Source: Chryseobacterium sp. (GTDB lineage: Bacteria > Bacteroidota > Bacteroidia > Flavobacteriales > Weeksellaceae). From it: a stretch of 64,000 nucleotides of DNA. The translations under genes and the position numbers were made by a program. The notes below the pieces were generated by a model. It was not told where the DNA came from. It did not search any database and saw only the letters and a program-made list of their open reading frames with translations. Shown piece by piece: positions 1 through 9,225 of the stretch (within the stretch, counting starts at the first letter, position 1; every line of letters starts with the position of its first letter). The stretch is from the NCBI GenBank assembly GCA_039595375.1, contig JBCNLQ010000011.1, positions 10,684 through 74,683 of the forward strand, written 5' to 3'.

Positions 1-257
1 TTGATCATAATACTGACAAATTATATCTGCAAAATCCTCCTAACGCTGGAACTTTGGTAGAAAGAGGTGCTTTGGGAATCAATATTACATCAAGCAATGG
101 ATTTGACATCGGCAGTATGAGTTCAAAAGCATATCTGATAGCAACCGTTGGCACTGAGACAAAAATCTATAATGTCAATACGACTAACGGAGCGGCTACG
201 GTGCTTGCAAACTATCCTAATATGGTAAAAGGATTCTCGATAGGTCTAGGATTTTAA
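1..257 (+). CDS. DUF4394-like protein, C-terminal part (5' truncated by window edge)
   Basis: Frame open from base 3 (DHNTDKLYLQNPPNAGTLVERGALG...GFDI...IGLGF*); the QxPPNxGTL and GFDI motifs resemble DUF4394 proteins. Confidence 0.65.
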   Translation, partial: DHNTDKLYLQNPPNAGTLVERGALGINITSSNGFDIGSMSSKAYLIATVGTETKIYNVNTTNGAATVLANYPNMVKGFSIGLGF

Positions 258-278
258 AAATCAACTTCGCCTTTAAAA

Positions 279-314
279 AAGAAGCCCAGAATAAAGATCT
301 ATTCTGGGCTTCTT
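279..314 (+). terminator. Intrinsic terminator-like hairpin
   Basis: aagaagcccagaata / tattctgggcttctt perfect inverted repeat just after the stop at 257. Confidence 0.75.
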
Positions 315-343
315 ATTAGTAACAACAATACTTAATTTTAGGC

Positions 344-373
344 AAAAAAAATCCCGATATCATCGGGATTTTT
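344..373 (-). terminator. Terminator of the tRNA operon
   Basis: aaaatcccgat-atc-atcgggatttt hairpin with an A7 run (U-tail on minus strand) directly after tRNA-Thr(GGT). Confidence 0.8.
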
Positions 374-377
374 GCTG

Positions 378-449
378 AGCCAACTACGGGATTTGAACCC
401 GTGACCTCTTCCTTACCAAGGAAGCACTCTACCCCTGAGCTAAGTCGGC
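378..449 (-). tRNA. tRNA-Thr(GGT)
   Basis: Revcomp GCCGACTTAGCTCAGGGGTAGAGTGCTTCCTTGGTAAGGAAG...GGTTCAAATCCCGTAGTTGGCT; anticodon loop TT-GGT-AA. Confidence 0.96.
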
Positions 450-487
450 CTAAAAAAAAATCACATTCCGTTAGGTTTGTGATTTTG

Positions 488-560
488 AGCGAAAGACGGG
501 GGTCGAACCCGCGACATTCAGCTTGGAAGGCTGACGCTCTACCAACTGAGCTACTTTCGC
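488..560 (-). tRNA. tRNA-Gly(TCC)
   Basis: Revcomp GCGAAAGTAGCTCAGTTGGTAGAGCGTCAGCCTTCCAAGCTGA...GGTTCGACCCCCGTCTTTCGCT; anticodon TCC. Confidence 0.96.
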
Positions 561-642
561 AATTTGTTTCCAAAAAGGTTGGTTAACGGTTTGCAAACTT
601 AAACTAAAATCTTAAAATCCACAAACATTTTCTATAAAAAAG

Positions 643-723
643 TGGGGAGAGCAGGATTCGAACCTACGTAGCCGAAGCAGCTGAGTTACAGTCAGCCCCA
701 TTTGACCGCTCTGGTATCTCCCC
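643..723 (-). tRNA. tRNA-Tyr(GTA)
   Basis: Revcomp GGGGAGATACCAGAGCGGTCAAATGGGGCTGACTGTAACTCAGC...GGTTCGAATCCTGCTCTCCCCA; long variable arm, anticodon GTA. Confidence 0.96.
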
Positions 724-741
724 AGTATTTTTTATAAAATG

Positions 742-815
742 AGCCTCCAGAGGGACTCGAACCCACGACCTGCTGATTACAAATCAGCTGCTCTAGCCAA
801 CTGAGCTATGGAGGC
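742..815 (-). tRNA. tRNA-Thr(TGT)
   Basis: Revcomp GCCTCCATAGCTCAGTTGGCTAGAGCAGCTGATTTGTAATCAGC...GGTTCGAGTCCCTCTGGAGGCT; anticodon TGT. Confidence 0.96.
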
Positions 816-863
816 AAATATTTTTATATAAAGAACTTCAATCTTGCTTCTAGGTTACTCCCT

Positions 864-883
864 TTTTGCGAGTGCAAATATGA
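864..883 (-). promoter_or_regulatory. Putative tRNA-operon promoter, proximal copy
   Basis: ttttgcgagtgcaaatatga; revcomp contains CAtaTTTGCA, close to the Bacteroidota -7 box TAnnTTTG. Identical 20-mer at 1018-1037. Confidence 0.55.
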
Positions 884-1017
884 AACTTTTTTTCTAATCC
901 TGCAAATATTTTTTTTTAAAAAAGAATATTTTTTTTATCTACTCTGAAGATTTCAATCAGTCTAAATAAAGTAGGTTTCAAAGTAAAGATCACATTTCCG
1001 CAGTATGGATACTTCCG

Positions 1018-1037
1018 TTTTGCGAGTGCAAATATGA
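1018..1037 (-). promoter_or_regulatory. Putative tRNA-operon promoter, distal copy
   Basis: Exact 20-bp duplicate of 864-883. Confidence 0.55.
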
Positions 1038-1090
1038 GACTCTTTTTTGAAACCTACAACTATTTTTTCAGAAAAAAACCTATTTTTTTT

Positions 1091-1381
1091 CTAAGCCAAT
1101 TCCTTTTTCTTGATTAACAGTTTCTTAGCTGTATCCACAGATTCGTCCAAACTTTCCTCAAAACTGGCAGAAGTCTTTTTTACGACGATATCATCACCCG
1201 GAACTTTCACAAGTAACTCGATAGTTTTATTTGATTTTTCGCTTGCATTTTCAACTTTAAGGTAGACTGTAGCTTCTACAATTTTATCATAAAAAGTTTC
1301 AAGCTTAGCTAATTTTTTTTCAATTCTTTCTTTTAAAGGTTCGTGCGGTGTTACACCTGCAGTCTGAATTGTAATCTTCAT
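1091..1381 (-). CDS. raiA: Ribosome-associated translation inhibitor RaiA / hibernation factor
   Basis: 96 aa; KLxKLExFYDKI...ELLVKVPG...FEESLD pattern of S30AE family. Confidence 0.9.
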   Translation of the reverse strand: MKITIQTAGVTPHEPLKERIEKKLAKLETFYDKIVEATVYLKVENASEKSNKTIELLVKVPGDDIVVKKTSASFEESLDESVDTAKKLLIKKKELA

Positions 1382-1431
1382 AATGTCTATTTTAAATGGT
1401 TAAACAATAAAAATGTAAATTTTACGCCATA

Positions 1432-2316
1432 TTATTTTTTATTTGTTTCTCTCGGATGTGCATTTTTGTAAACTTCTTTCAGCTTTTCAATATTTGCACT
1501 GGTATAAACCTGCGTACTTGCCAAGCTGGAATGTCCCATCAATTTTTGTACCTTGGATATTTCTGCGCCCTCATTCAAGATATGAGTTGCAAAAGTATGT
1601 CTCAAAATATGAGGGCTTCTTTTTTGTTTAGAAGTCACATTACTAAAGTACTTATTAACGACTACATAAACAAACTTTTCCCCGAGTTTTTTACCTTTTT
1701 TATTAATGAAAAAATATGATTCGTTTTCAGAATCAGGAATTCTCGTACTGACATAAATTTTGTAGTCAGAAATCAACTCATCTGCAAGTGGGACGATCCT
1801 GGCTTTATTTCCCTTTCCGATGACTAGCATTTCTTTTTTAGAAAAATCAACATTACTGATAAGCAGATTACAAAGTTCTGCTTTCCGTATTCCTGTCTGA
1901 TACAATGTTTCAATTATGAGCTTTTCCAAAAGCGTCATTTTGCCCTTTTCCTCTATTTCTGTCTTCATAGTATCCATTTCTTCCACAGAGAAAGGAATGC
2001 GCTTTTCCGCATAGAATTTAAGCGAATCTATAGTTTCCATTGGCGAAACTTTAATCTCTTCTAATCGGAGCATAAACGTATAAAAACTACGAAGCGAAGA
2101 CAATTTTCTATTGATACTTCTTTTACCAAGTCCTGATTTGCTCAATTCTACTATAAAATTTTTGATAACTTTTTTATGAACGTGAACTACATCTTCTGAA
2201 GCTTCTGTTTTCAAAACAAAAGCTGAAAAATCGGATAGGTCTTTTTTATAATTTGTGAGGGTGTGCGGAGAATATCTTTTTTCTACCGCAATATATTCCA
2301 GAAATCTTTCTATCAT
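1432..2316 (-). CDS. xerC: Chromosomal tyrosine recombinase, XerC-like
   Basis: 294 aa; YQTGIRKAEL, GKGNKAR, HILRHTFATH and LMGHSSLASTQVY catalytic motifs; context rpsU-xer-raiA. Confidence 0.8.
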   Translation of the reverse strand: MIERFLEYIAVEKRYSPHTLTNYKKDLSDFSAFVLKTEASEDVVHVHKKVIKNFIVELSKSGLGKRSINRKLSSLRSFYTFMLRLEEIKVSPMETIDSLKFYAEKRIPFSVEEMDTMKTEIEEKGKMTLLEKLIIETLYQTGIRKAELCNLLISNVDFSKKEMLVIGKGNKARIVPLADELISDYKIYVSTRIPDSENESYFFINKKGKKLGEKFVYVVVNKYFSNVTSKQKRSPHILRHTFATHILNEGAEISKVQKLMGHSSLASTQVYTSANIEKLKEVYKNAHPRETNKK

Positions 2317-2395
2317 AGGTATGTAAATACAAAATCACTTCCAAATATAGAAATTCGGAAGTGATTTATGTTATATTTTGCTAAAAAGATTAAGC

Positions 2396-2593
2396 TTATG
2401 CTTGCTCTTCTTTGCTCAAGTTTCTTTGCTTATGAGCTGCTTTTAGTTTAGCTTGTCTCAAAGTTACAGAAGGCTTAATAAATTGTTGTCTAGATCTAAG
2501 CTCTCTTACAACTCTAGTTTTATCAAATTTTCTCTTGTATTTTTTTAAAGCTCTGTCGATAGACTCTCCGTCTTTTACTGGTATTATTAACAT
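2396..2593 (-). CDS. rpsU: 30S ribosomal protein bS21
   Basis: MLIIPVKDGESIDRALKKYKRK...FIKPSV. Confidence 0.97.
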   Translation of the reverse strand: MLIIPVKDGESIDRALKKYKRKFDKTRVVRELRSRQQFIKPSVTLRQAKLKAAHKQRNLSKEEQA

Positions 2594-2802
2594 AATTTAC
2601 ATCTCATTTTGGATTGCAAAAATAGGAATTATTTCTTAATTCACAAATTATTTGAGATTTATTTTGGGAAATTATTTAAGATTAGAATTTGTTATGCTTT
2701 AAACGCAAAGATCGCAAAGGTTATATTATCCTGACGAAAATATTTTTAATTTCACGAAAAGGTACAACTTAGCGAAAGACTAAATTATTAGTAAGAATTT
2801 TT

Positions 2803-2845
2803 TCATTCCGTATGAAACTCTTCAGTTTAGATTCCTACGGAATGA
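2803..2845. repeat. REP-like inverted repeat
   Basis: tcattccgta (2803-2812) / tacggaatga (2836-2845), a 10-bp perfect IR. Confidence 0.55.
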
Positions 2846-2893
2846 CAAAATTGTGGTTTGGTACTGACTTATGATTAGATGAAAAAAGCCCTA

Positions 2894-3022
2894 GCCCCAA
2901 TTGCAGTGGAAATCCTTTTTTTTCCAGTGACTTCGAGTTCTACGGATTGGGAACCGTGAATGCAAAAAGATTGACTCCGTCGAACCACTTCGTTAGGTTT
3001 GCAATGGAAAGCGGGAATAGCT
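2894..3022. repeat. Dispersed structured intergenic element, copy 1 (copy 2 at 59031-59130)
   Basis: Shares ccc..ttg.a..ggaaatcctttttt ... tgcaaaaagattg ... ggaa.gcgg.aatag with 59031-59130. Confidence 0.65.
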
Positions 3023-3041
3023 CCTAAAAACATCTTGAAAT

Positions 3042-3070
3042 AAAAACTCCCGAATGAATCCGGGAGTTTT
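3042..3070 (-). terminator. Terminator after pdhB
   Basis: aaaactcccg / cgggagtttt hairpin with flanking A run. Confidence 0.75.
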
Positions 3071-3073
3071 GTT

Positions 3074-4057
3074 TTATGCTTTGATGTAAAGAGCGTTTTT
3101 GATTTCTTCTTTTACCTTTTCTACCTTCGGGTACCATTCTGCAAATAATGGCGCGGAATACGGTGCAGAAGCGTCTGGCGTTGTGATTCTCTTGATTGGC
3201 GCATCCAAATAATCGAATGCTTTTTGTTGAACCATATACGTGATCTCGGTTGAGATGCTTGCAAATGGCCAAGATTCTTCAAGAACTACTAATCGGTTTG
3301 TTTTCTTAACTGATTCCAAAATGGTATCATAATCCAATGGACGGATTGTTCTAAGGTCGATTACTTCCACAGAGATACCTTCTTTTTCCAAATCTTCTGC
3401 AGCTTGTAAAGCAACTTTCATAATTTTACCCCAAGAAACCAAGGTCACATCTTTTCCTTCTTTCTTAATGTCTGCTTTTCCGATCGGGATGTAATATTCT
3501 TCCTCTGGAATTTCCATTTTGTCACCATACATCTGCTCAGACTCCATAAAAATCACAGGATCGTTGTCCTGAATTGCTGATTTCAAAAGTCCTTTTGCAT
3601 CGTAAGGATTGGAAGGAATGATTACTTTTAGACCTGGACAGTTGGCGTACCAGCTTTCGAAAGCCTGAGAGTGTGTTGCTCCCAATTGTCCTGCGGAACC
3701 TGTAGGACCACGGAAAACAATCGGGATATTCCATTGTCCACCAGTCATTTGGTACATTTTCGCAGCGTTGTTGATAATCTGATCAATCGCTACCAAAGAG
3801 AAGTTGAAAGTCATATATTCTACAATCGGACGGTTTCCGTTCATAGCGGCTCCAACAGCGATACCCGTAAAACCAAGCTCTGCAATTGGCGCATCGATGA
3901 TCCTTTTTTCACCAAATTCATCTAACATTCCTTTGGAAGCTTTGTATGCTCCGTTGTATTCTGCAACTTCTTCTCCTACAAGGAAAATGGACTCATCTTT
4001 ACGCATTTCTTCGCTCATTGCCTGGGCGATTACTTCACGAAATGTATATTCTTTCAT
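3074..4057 (-). CDS. pdhB: Pyruvate dehydrogenase E1 beta subunit
   Basis: GEEVAEYNGAYK, IIDAPIAELGFTG, HSQAFE, EVIDLRTIRPLD; start placed at MKEYTFREV (4057), not the ORF-track TTG at 4159. Confidence 0.95.
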   Translation of the reverse strand: MKEYTFREVIAQAMSEEMRKDESIFLVGEEVAEYNGAYKASKGMLDEFGEKRIIDAPIAELGFTGIAVGAAMNGNRPIVEYMTFNFSLVAIDQIINNAAKMYQMTGGQWNIPIVFRGPTGSAGQLGATHSQAFESWYANCPGLKVIIPSNPYDAKGLLKSAIQDNDPVIFMESEQMYGDKMEIPEEEYYIPIGKADIKKEGKDVTLVSWGKIMKVALQAAEDLEKEGISVEVIDLRTIRPLDYDTILESVKKTNRLVVLEESWPFASISTEITYMVQQKAFDYLDAPIKRITTPDASAPYSAPLFAEWYPKVEKVKEEIKNALYIKA

Positions 4058-4168
4058 TATGAAAATGTTTCTTTTAAAATTTTGAAATACAAAAGTATTA
4101 ATTTTTTTATTAATTGCATAACAAAAAAGGCTCCCAACTGGGAGCCTGCGATTTATCATAATTTTTGG

Positions 4169-4588
4169 TTAGTCAACTTTGTGCCAAGTCTGGGTTCTGC
4201 CAATAAGAGAAATTCCCATATAACCTCTCACATTCAGTTTGTCGCCGTCTTTTGTGATTGTGCATTTATAAGATTTTCCATTTTTTGGGTCTGTGATAGA
4301 GCCACCTGTAAACTCATCTCCATCTTTCTTCAGTCCGCGGATGATTTCCATTCCCAACAAAGGCTTATTTTTACGATCATCTTTACAAGCTACACAGTTC
4401 GCATTTTCCGGTTTGATAAGAAGTTGCGATATTTTCCCGTAATATTTTCCGTCGGCTTTTTTCCAGATCTCTACGATGGACTTAGCTTTTCCGGTTTCGT
4501 CGTCGATGGTTTTCCATTTTCCTTCGATTTGAGCAAACGAAAGAATTCCCATAAATGATAAGGCAAATGATAATAATACTTTGTTCAT
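4169..4588 (-). CDS. DUF2147 family exported protein
   Basis: Signal peptide; GKWKTIDD, GxIxDPKNGKxY, LNVRGYxGISLIGRTQTW. Confidence 0.85.
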   Translation of the reverse strand: MNKVLLSFALSFMGILSFAQIEGKWKTIDDETGKAKSIVEIWKKADGKYYGKISQLLIKPENANCVACKDDRKNKPLLGMEIIRGLKKDGDEFTGGSITDPKNGKSYKCTITKDGDKLNVRGYMGISLIGRTQTWHKVD

Positions 4589-4876
4589 TGTCTATTATTT
4601 TAAGTTGTTTTGTTATTTGATAATGAATCGCTGTTAACGTTAAATTAACATTGATAAAAATATAAATTAATTTTAAACAAACAAGAATTATTTGCTATCC
4701 GAAGCATAAATAAAGCTAACTAACAGAATTTCAAGAAATTAAACGCCTTCATCTAAACATTTATTAGCCACATAGACACAAAGAAAATTTATCAAATAAA
4801 AAAGATAAAATAGAATCAAAGTACAGTTCTCCTTAACCTTTAGTACAAACAAAACCACGTACTTATTTGTAAAATT

Positions 4877-6796
4877 CTAATACAGCTTCCTATTAATTAC
4901 TCTATCCATATAATCCTGATACCAGGCTTTGGTTTTTTTGATTCCCATTTTTTGTTCTGGATTGAGATTTTTGCTGAAAATATTTTTGGTCAAGGCTAAA
5001 TCTGCTTTATCATAAATCCCGACAACTTCTTTTCCATCGAAAACATAAGTGTAATTTCCAAGCATCACTTGCTCATTAATCGCATCCGAATTAACAATCA
5101 TATAATCCTCTATCTTGTCGGAAACCAAACTTCTGCCCCAACTTCTGATTTTCTTATTGTAGCCAAGCAAGTCCGACAAAGTTGGATAAATATCAATTTG
5201 CTGAGCCAATCTTTCATCTACACCTTTCAGATTATATTTAGGATTTGGAGAGAAAAACAACAATGGAATTGCAAATCTGTTCATTGCTTTCTGATATTCT
5301 TCATAATAGATTTGGTTGGTATGGTCTGCCGTAATCACAAAAATCGTGTTCTGATACCAAGGTTGCTTGCTGGCAGTCTCGAAGAATTTCTTCAAGGAAT
5401 AATCTGTGTATTGGATGGGTTCGTGAATCTGCAACGGTCCTTTTTTAAATTTCCCTTGATATTTTTCAGGAATTTTAAATGGGTCGTGCGAAGAAGCGGA
5501 AAATAGCGTTGACATAAATGGTTGCTTTTTCCCGATATTCTTTGCAAAATATTGAAAAAACGACTCATCCCAAATCGCCCACATTCCGTCGAAATCTTTG
5601 TCATTATTGTACTCATTTTTTCCGAAATAATGTTTGAATCCCAAAATATTTCCAAAACCCTGAAAACCCATTGAACCATTTGGCGCGCCGTGGTAGAAAC
5701 TCGTATCGTAACCCAAATCGTTACAAACTGAAACTATGGACTGAATTTTTTGATTGGAATATGGCGAACTCGTAAAGGCATCCGTCAAACTCGGGATTCC
5801 GGCAAGAACAGAACTCATCCCATGAATTGATTGTCTTCCATTGGCATAAGCATTGGTAAAAATCAAACTTTCATTAGCCAGACTGTCCAGAAATGGCGTG
5901 TAGGAAACAAAATCCTTAATATTATTTTGCTTATTAAATGCGCCGGAATATTCTTTCGCAAAACTTTCCATAATAAAAATCACGACGTTTGGTTTCGCCT
6001 CTACTTCCCTATCATATAATTTATAAGGTTTGATTTCTTTCTCGATAAATTGCTCATCCACAAAATGAACCAGCTTAAAATTATTGGTATTCAATGTTCT
6101 GAAGAATGAAAAAACGCTGTTCAAAACCAGATTTCCCTGAAGCGGATTGCTGACGTGCTTATTGGCATCAACCAGATTAATCGGCCTTGTAGAATGTTTA
6201 AAATCACCACGGATTCCTCCCACAACCAAAGTTGCAGTGATGCACAAAATCAAAACTGATGAAGCAAAATAGACAATTAAATTCTGCGGTTTCTCTTCCG
6301 AAACTCTCACTTTTTTATAAAGAAAAATCCATAAAACAATCATCAAAATGAAAAAAATAATCACGAATGGATTTTGCAAAACCGCATTCAGAAAGACTTT
6401 TCCAATATTATTTTCATTCTTCGCCACAGAAAACATCGCCGAAGTCAATCTAGCCTGGCTGAATCTGTAATAAATAATATCTCCGAAATTGAAAGAATAC
6501 GTAATTCCGTTTGTGATAAAATACCAGTAGAACAAAAATTTCTGATAAGTCTTTTTTGTGTTGATGACAATCGGGATGATACTGAGCAGAATAAAAACTG
6601 CATTTATATAAAGAATCGCAGTGGTGTCAAAGGCAGTTCCGTAATATGATAATCTAAAATATTCTGAGATTCCATCGACTTTTATCAAGTTCTGGTTGAA
6701 AAACCAAAACAAAAGTCTGGCTATTTGATAAAAGAAAAATACCAGAAAAAGTCTGTAAATCAAGGCTAAAATTTCTTGCCCTCTCCAATTCTTCAT
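4877..6796 (-). CDS. LTA-synthase/sulfatase family membrane protein
   Basis: N-terminal TM helices; KPNVVIFIMESF, YANGRQS, SSHDPF, ITADH motifs. Confidence 0.88.
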   Translation of the reverse strand: MKNWRGQEILALIYRLFLVFFFYQIARLLFWFFNQNLIKVDGISEYFRLSYYGTAFDTTAILYINAVFILLSIIPIVINTKKTYQKFLFYWYFITNGITYSFNFGDIIYYRFSQARLTSAMFSVAKNENNIGKVFLNAVLQNPFVIIFFILMIVLWIFLYKKVRVSEEKPQNLIVYFASSVLILCITATLVVGGIRGDFKHSTRPINLVDANKHVSNPLQGNLVLNSVFSFFRTLNTNNFKLVHFVDEQFIEKEIKPYKLYDREVEAKPNVVIFIMESFAKEYSGAFNKQNNIKDFVSYTPFLDSLANESLIFTNAYANGRQSIHGMSSVLAGIPSLTDAFTSSPYSNQKIQSIVSVCNDLGYDTSFYHGAPNGSMGFQGFGNILGFKHYFGKNEYNNDKDFDGMWAIWDESFFQYFAKNIGKKQPFMSTLFSASSHDPFKIPEKYQGKFKKGPLQIHEPIQYTDYSLKKFFETASKQPWYQNTIFVITADHTNQIYYEEYQKAMNRFAIPLLFFSPNPKYNLKGVDERLAQQIDIYPTLSDLLGYNKKIRSWGRSLVSDKIEDYMIVNSDAINEQVMLGNYTYVFDGKEVVGIYDKADLALTKNIFSKNLNPEQKMGIKKTKAWYQDYMDRVINRKLY

Positions 6797-6913
6797 TTTG
6801 CAAAATTATGAAAAGTTGCAAATCAGATAATAGAAGATGGAAGTTTTTTGGCGCATTATGAAAACTTCCAGCTTCCGACATCCAGCTTCCAACAAATTCC
6901 CTATTTTTGCGAT

Positions 6914-7654
6914 ATGAATTTCATCAAAAACAACCTTGCCAACGCCTTTACTCTTGGAAATCTTTTTTCCGGATGTGTTGGGATTGTTCACCTATTTTCC
7001 GGCGATTATCAGACGACTGCAATTTGCATTATCATTTCTTTGGTTCTCGATTTTTTCGATGGTTTTATTGCAAGGGCGATGAACTCCAGCAGTAATCTTG
7101 GCGGTCAACTGGATTCTTTGGCAGATATGGTAAGTTTCGGATTTTTGCCTGGCGTTGCGATGATGAAAATGCTTGAACCTTTTGGGAATCAATTTTTTGG
7201 AATCGAATTACCTTTTGAAATCAAATATTTTGGATTTCTAATTACGCTTTTCTCTTGTCTCAGATTAGCGATTTTCAATTTGGATGAGGACCAGAAATTT
7301 TATTTCAAAGGTCTTAATACACCTTCAAATACGATTCTAATTTTCGGAATTTACAATATTTTTAATGTTTTTGGTGAGAAAAGTTCTGATGCATCCAACA
7401 ATTTAAGACTAATTTTCGAGTACAGTGATTTGATTCTAATTGCTATTACTTTGCTAAGTTCTTGGCTTTTGATAAGTCCAATCAAAATGATTGCGATGAA
7501 ATTCAAATCAAAACAATTGCAAGATAATTACCCGAAACTGGCATTGTTGATTGGCGGAATTTTGATTTTATTAATTTTTAAAACCGTCGGTATTCCTCTA
7601 ATAATCATTTATTACATTTTGATTTCACTCATATTCCAAAAACAACTTCGATAA
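6914..7654 (+). CDS. pssA: CDP-alcohol phosphatidyltransferase (phosphatidylserine synthase-like)
   Basis: DFFDGFIAR...GGQLDSLADMVSFG motif, RLAIFN; start placed at MNFIKNN, just after a TATTTTTG -7 box. Confidence 0.8.
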   Translation: MNFIKNNLANAFTLGNLFSGCVGIVHLFSGDYQTTAICIIISLVLDFFDGFIARAMNSSSNLGGQLDSLADMVSFGFLPGVAMMKMLEPFGNQFFGIELPFEIKYFGFLITLFSCLRLAIFNLDEDQKFYFKGLNTPSNTILIFGIYNIFNVFGEKSSDASNNLRLIFEYSDLILIAITLLSSWLLISPIKMIAMKFKSKQLQDNYPKLALLIGGILILLIFKTVGIPLIIIYYILISLIFQKQLR

Positions 7655-7699
7655 TTATTAATTATAAATGATTAATTGTCATCAAAATAAATTTAAAAA

Positions 7700-8464
7700 A
7701 TGAATTTAAAACTATATAAACCGCTTTGCGTTTTCGATTTGGAAACAACCGGAACCAATGTTGGAAAAGACAGAATCGTAGAAATCTGTATTTTGAAAGT
7801 CAATCCAGACGCTTCTCGCGAAAGTAAAACCTGGAAAGTGAATCCAGAAATGCCGATTCCGAAAGAATCTTCCGCCATCCACGGGATTTATGATGCCGAT
7901 GTTGCTGAAGCGCCAACCTTCAAAGACATTGCGCCAAAAATTCTGGAGATGATTACCGGGACGGATTTGGGAGGTTTCAATTCCAACCGTTTTGATGTAC
8001 CACTTCTGGCTGAGGAATTATTGCGTGCAGGTTTGGATTTTGATTTGAGTAAATTCAAATTAGTTGATGCACAAACGATTTATCACAAAATGGAACCGAG
8101 AAATCTTTCCGCCGCGTACAATTTCTATTGTCAAAAAACTTTGGAAAATGCACATTCTGCGGAAGCCGATGTTTTGGCAACTTTCGAAGTTTTGGATGCG
8201 CAAGTTGGACATTACGAAGATTTACCAAATGAAGTTGCCGGTTTGAGCGAATTTTCTTTCCACAGCAAGTTTGCAGATTTGGCAGGAATGATTCATTATA
8301 ATGATAAAGAGCAGGAAGTTTTCGCTTTCGGGAAATATAAAGGTCAGGTCGTGAAAGAAGTTTTCCAGAAAGACATTGGCTATTACGGCTGGCTTCAAAG
8401 CGCTGATTTTCCACTTTATACGAAGAAGATATTCACCAAGATTCAGTTGAAGTCTAAGTTTTAG
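7700..8464 (+). CDS. DEDDh 3'-5' exonuclease (DnaQ-like)
   Basis: VFDLETTG, FNSNRFD, HSAEAD motifs. Confidence 0.9.
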   Translation: MNLKLYKPLCVFDLETTGTNVGKDRIVEICILKVNPDASRESKTWKVNPEMPIPKESSAIHGIYDADVAEAPTFKDIAPKILEMITGTDLGGFNSNRFDVPLLAEELLRAGLDFDLSKFKLVDAQTIYHKMEPRNLSAAYNFYCQKTLENAHSAEADVLATFEVLDAQVGHYEDLPNEVAGLSEFSFHSKFADLAGMIHYNDKEQEVFAFGKYKGQVVKEVFQKDIGYYGWLQSADFPLYTKKIFTKIQLKSKF

Positions 8465-8546
8465 TCAATATAAAAATCTAACAGTTTGCCAATTTGGAAT
8501 TAAGCATTGTTACATTGTTAAACTAGTAAATTGATACATTAATATT

Positions 8547-9155
8547 ATGAAAATAATCTGCATTGGAAGAAATTACAGCGAACACGCTAAAGAACTAGGC
8601 AACGAAATCCCTGAAGATCCAGTGATTTTTATGAAACCTGACACCGCAATCTTGAAGAAGGGCTCCGATTTTTATATTCCAGAATTTTCTGAAGACATCC
8701 ATTATGAACTGGAAGTGGTTCTGAAAATATCAAAAGGCGGAAAATACATACAAAAAGAAAATGCCGGAAAACATTATGACGAAATTGGTCTCGGCATCGA
8801 TTTTACAGCGAGAGATCTGCAATCCAAACTGAAAGGCAAAGGTTTGCCTTGGGAATTGGCAAAAGGTTTTGATGGTTCTGCGGTTGTCTCGGATTTTGTT
8901 TCAAAAGAAAATTATGATTTGCAGAATCTGAATTTCTCATTAACTAAAAACAGTGAAAAAGTTCAGGATGGTAATACAAAAGATATGATTTTTAGTTTTG
9001 AAGATATTATCGCTTTTGCATCCCAATATTTCACGTTGCGTGTTGGCGATTTGATTTTCACAGGAACTCCAAAAGGTGTCGGCAAAGTTTCTGAAAATGA
9101 TATTCTGGAAGCTTACCTAGAAGAAAAAGAACTTTTTTCGCTTAAAATTCAGTAG
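8547..9155 (+). CDS. Fumarylacetoacetate hydrolase family protein
   Basis: CIGRNYSEH, HYELEV, DFTARD, TGTPKGVG. Confidence 0.92.
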   Translation: MKIICIGRNYSEHAKELGNEIPEDPVIFMKPDTAILKKGSDFYIPEFSEDIHYELEVVLKISKGGKYIQKENAGKHYDEIGLGIDFTARDLQSKLKGKGLPWELAKGFDGSAVVSDFVSKENYDLQNLNFSLTKNSEKVQDGNTKDMIFSFEDIIAFASQYFTLRVGDLIFTGTPKGVGKVSENDILEAYLEEKELFSLKIQ

Positions 9156-9225
9156 CTTTATGGTAGCTTTTAGCTATCCGATGGTTGGCTACATTTTTGC
9201 TTAAGCTAACTTATAAACTTAGATT

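Noticed and set aside
1432-2316. Tyrosine recombinase beside a tRNA cluster as the integrase of a prophage or island
   Set aside because: It is XerC-sized, flanked by rpsU and raiA, with no att duplication of any tRNA 3' end and no phage or ICE genes nearby.
3074-4159. N-terminal extensions in the ORF track (pdhB 4159, pssA 6848, ABC-F 15739, cysN 23387, 60798)
   Set aside because: The extensions are low-complexity or run through promoter and repeat sequence; downstream ATGs match the family N-termini.
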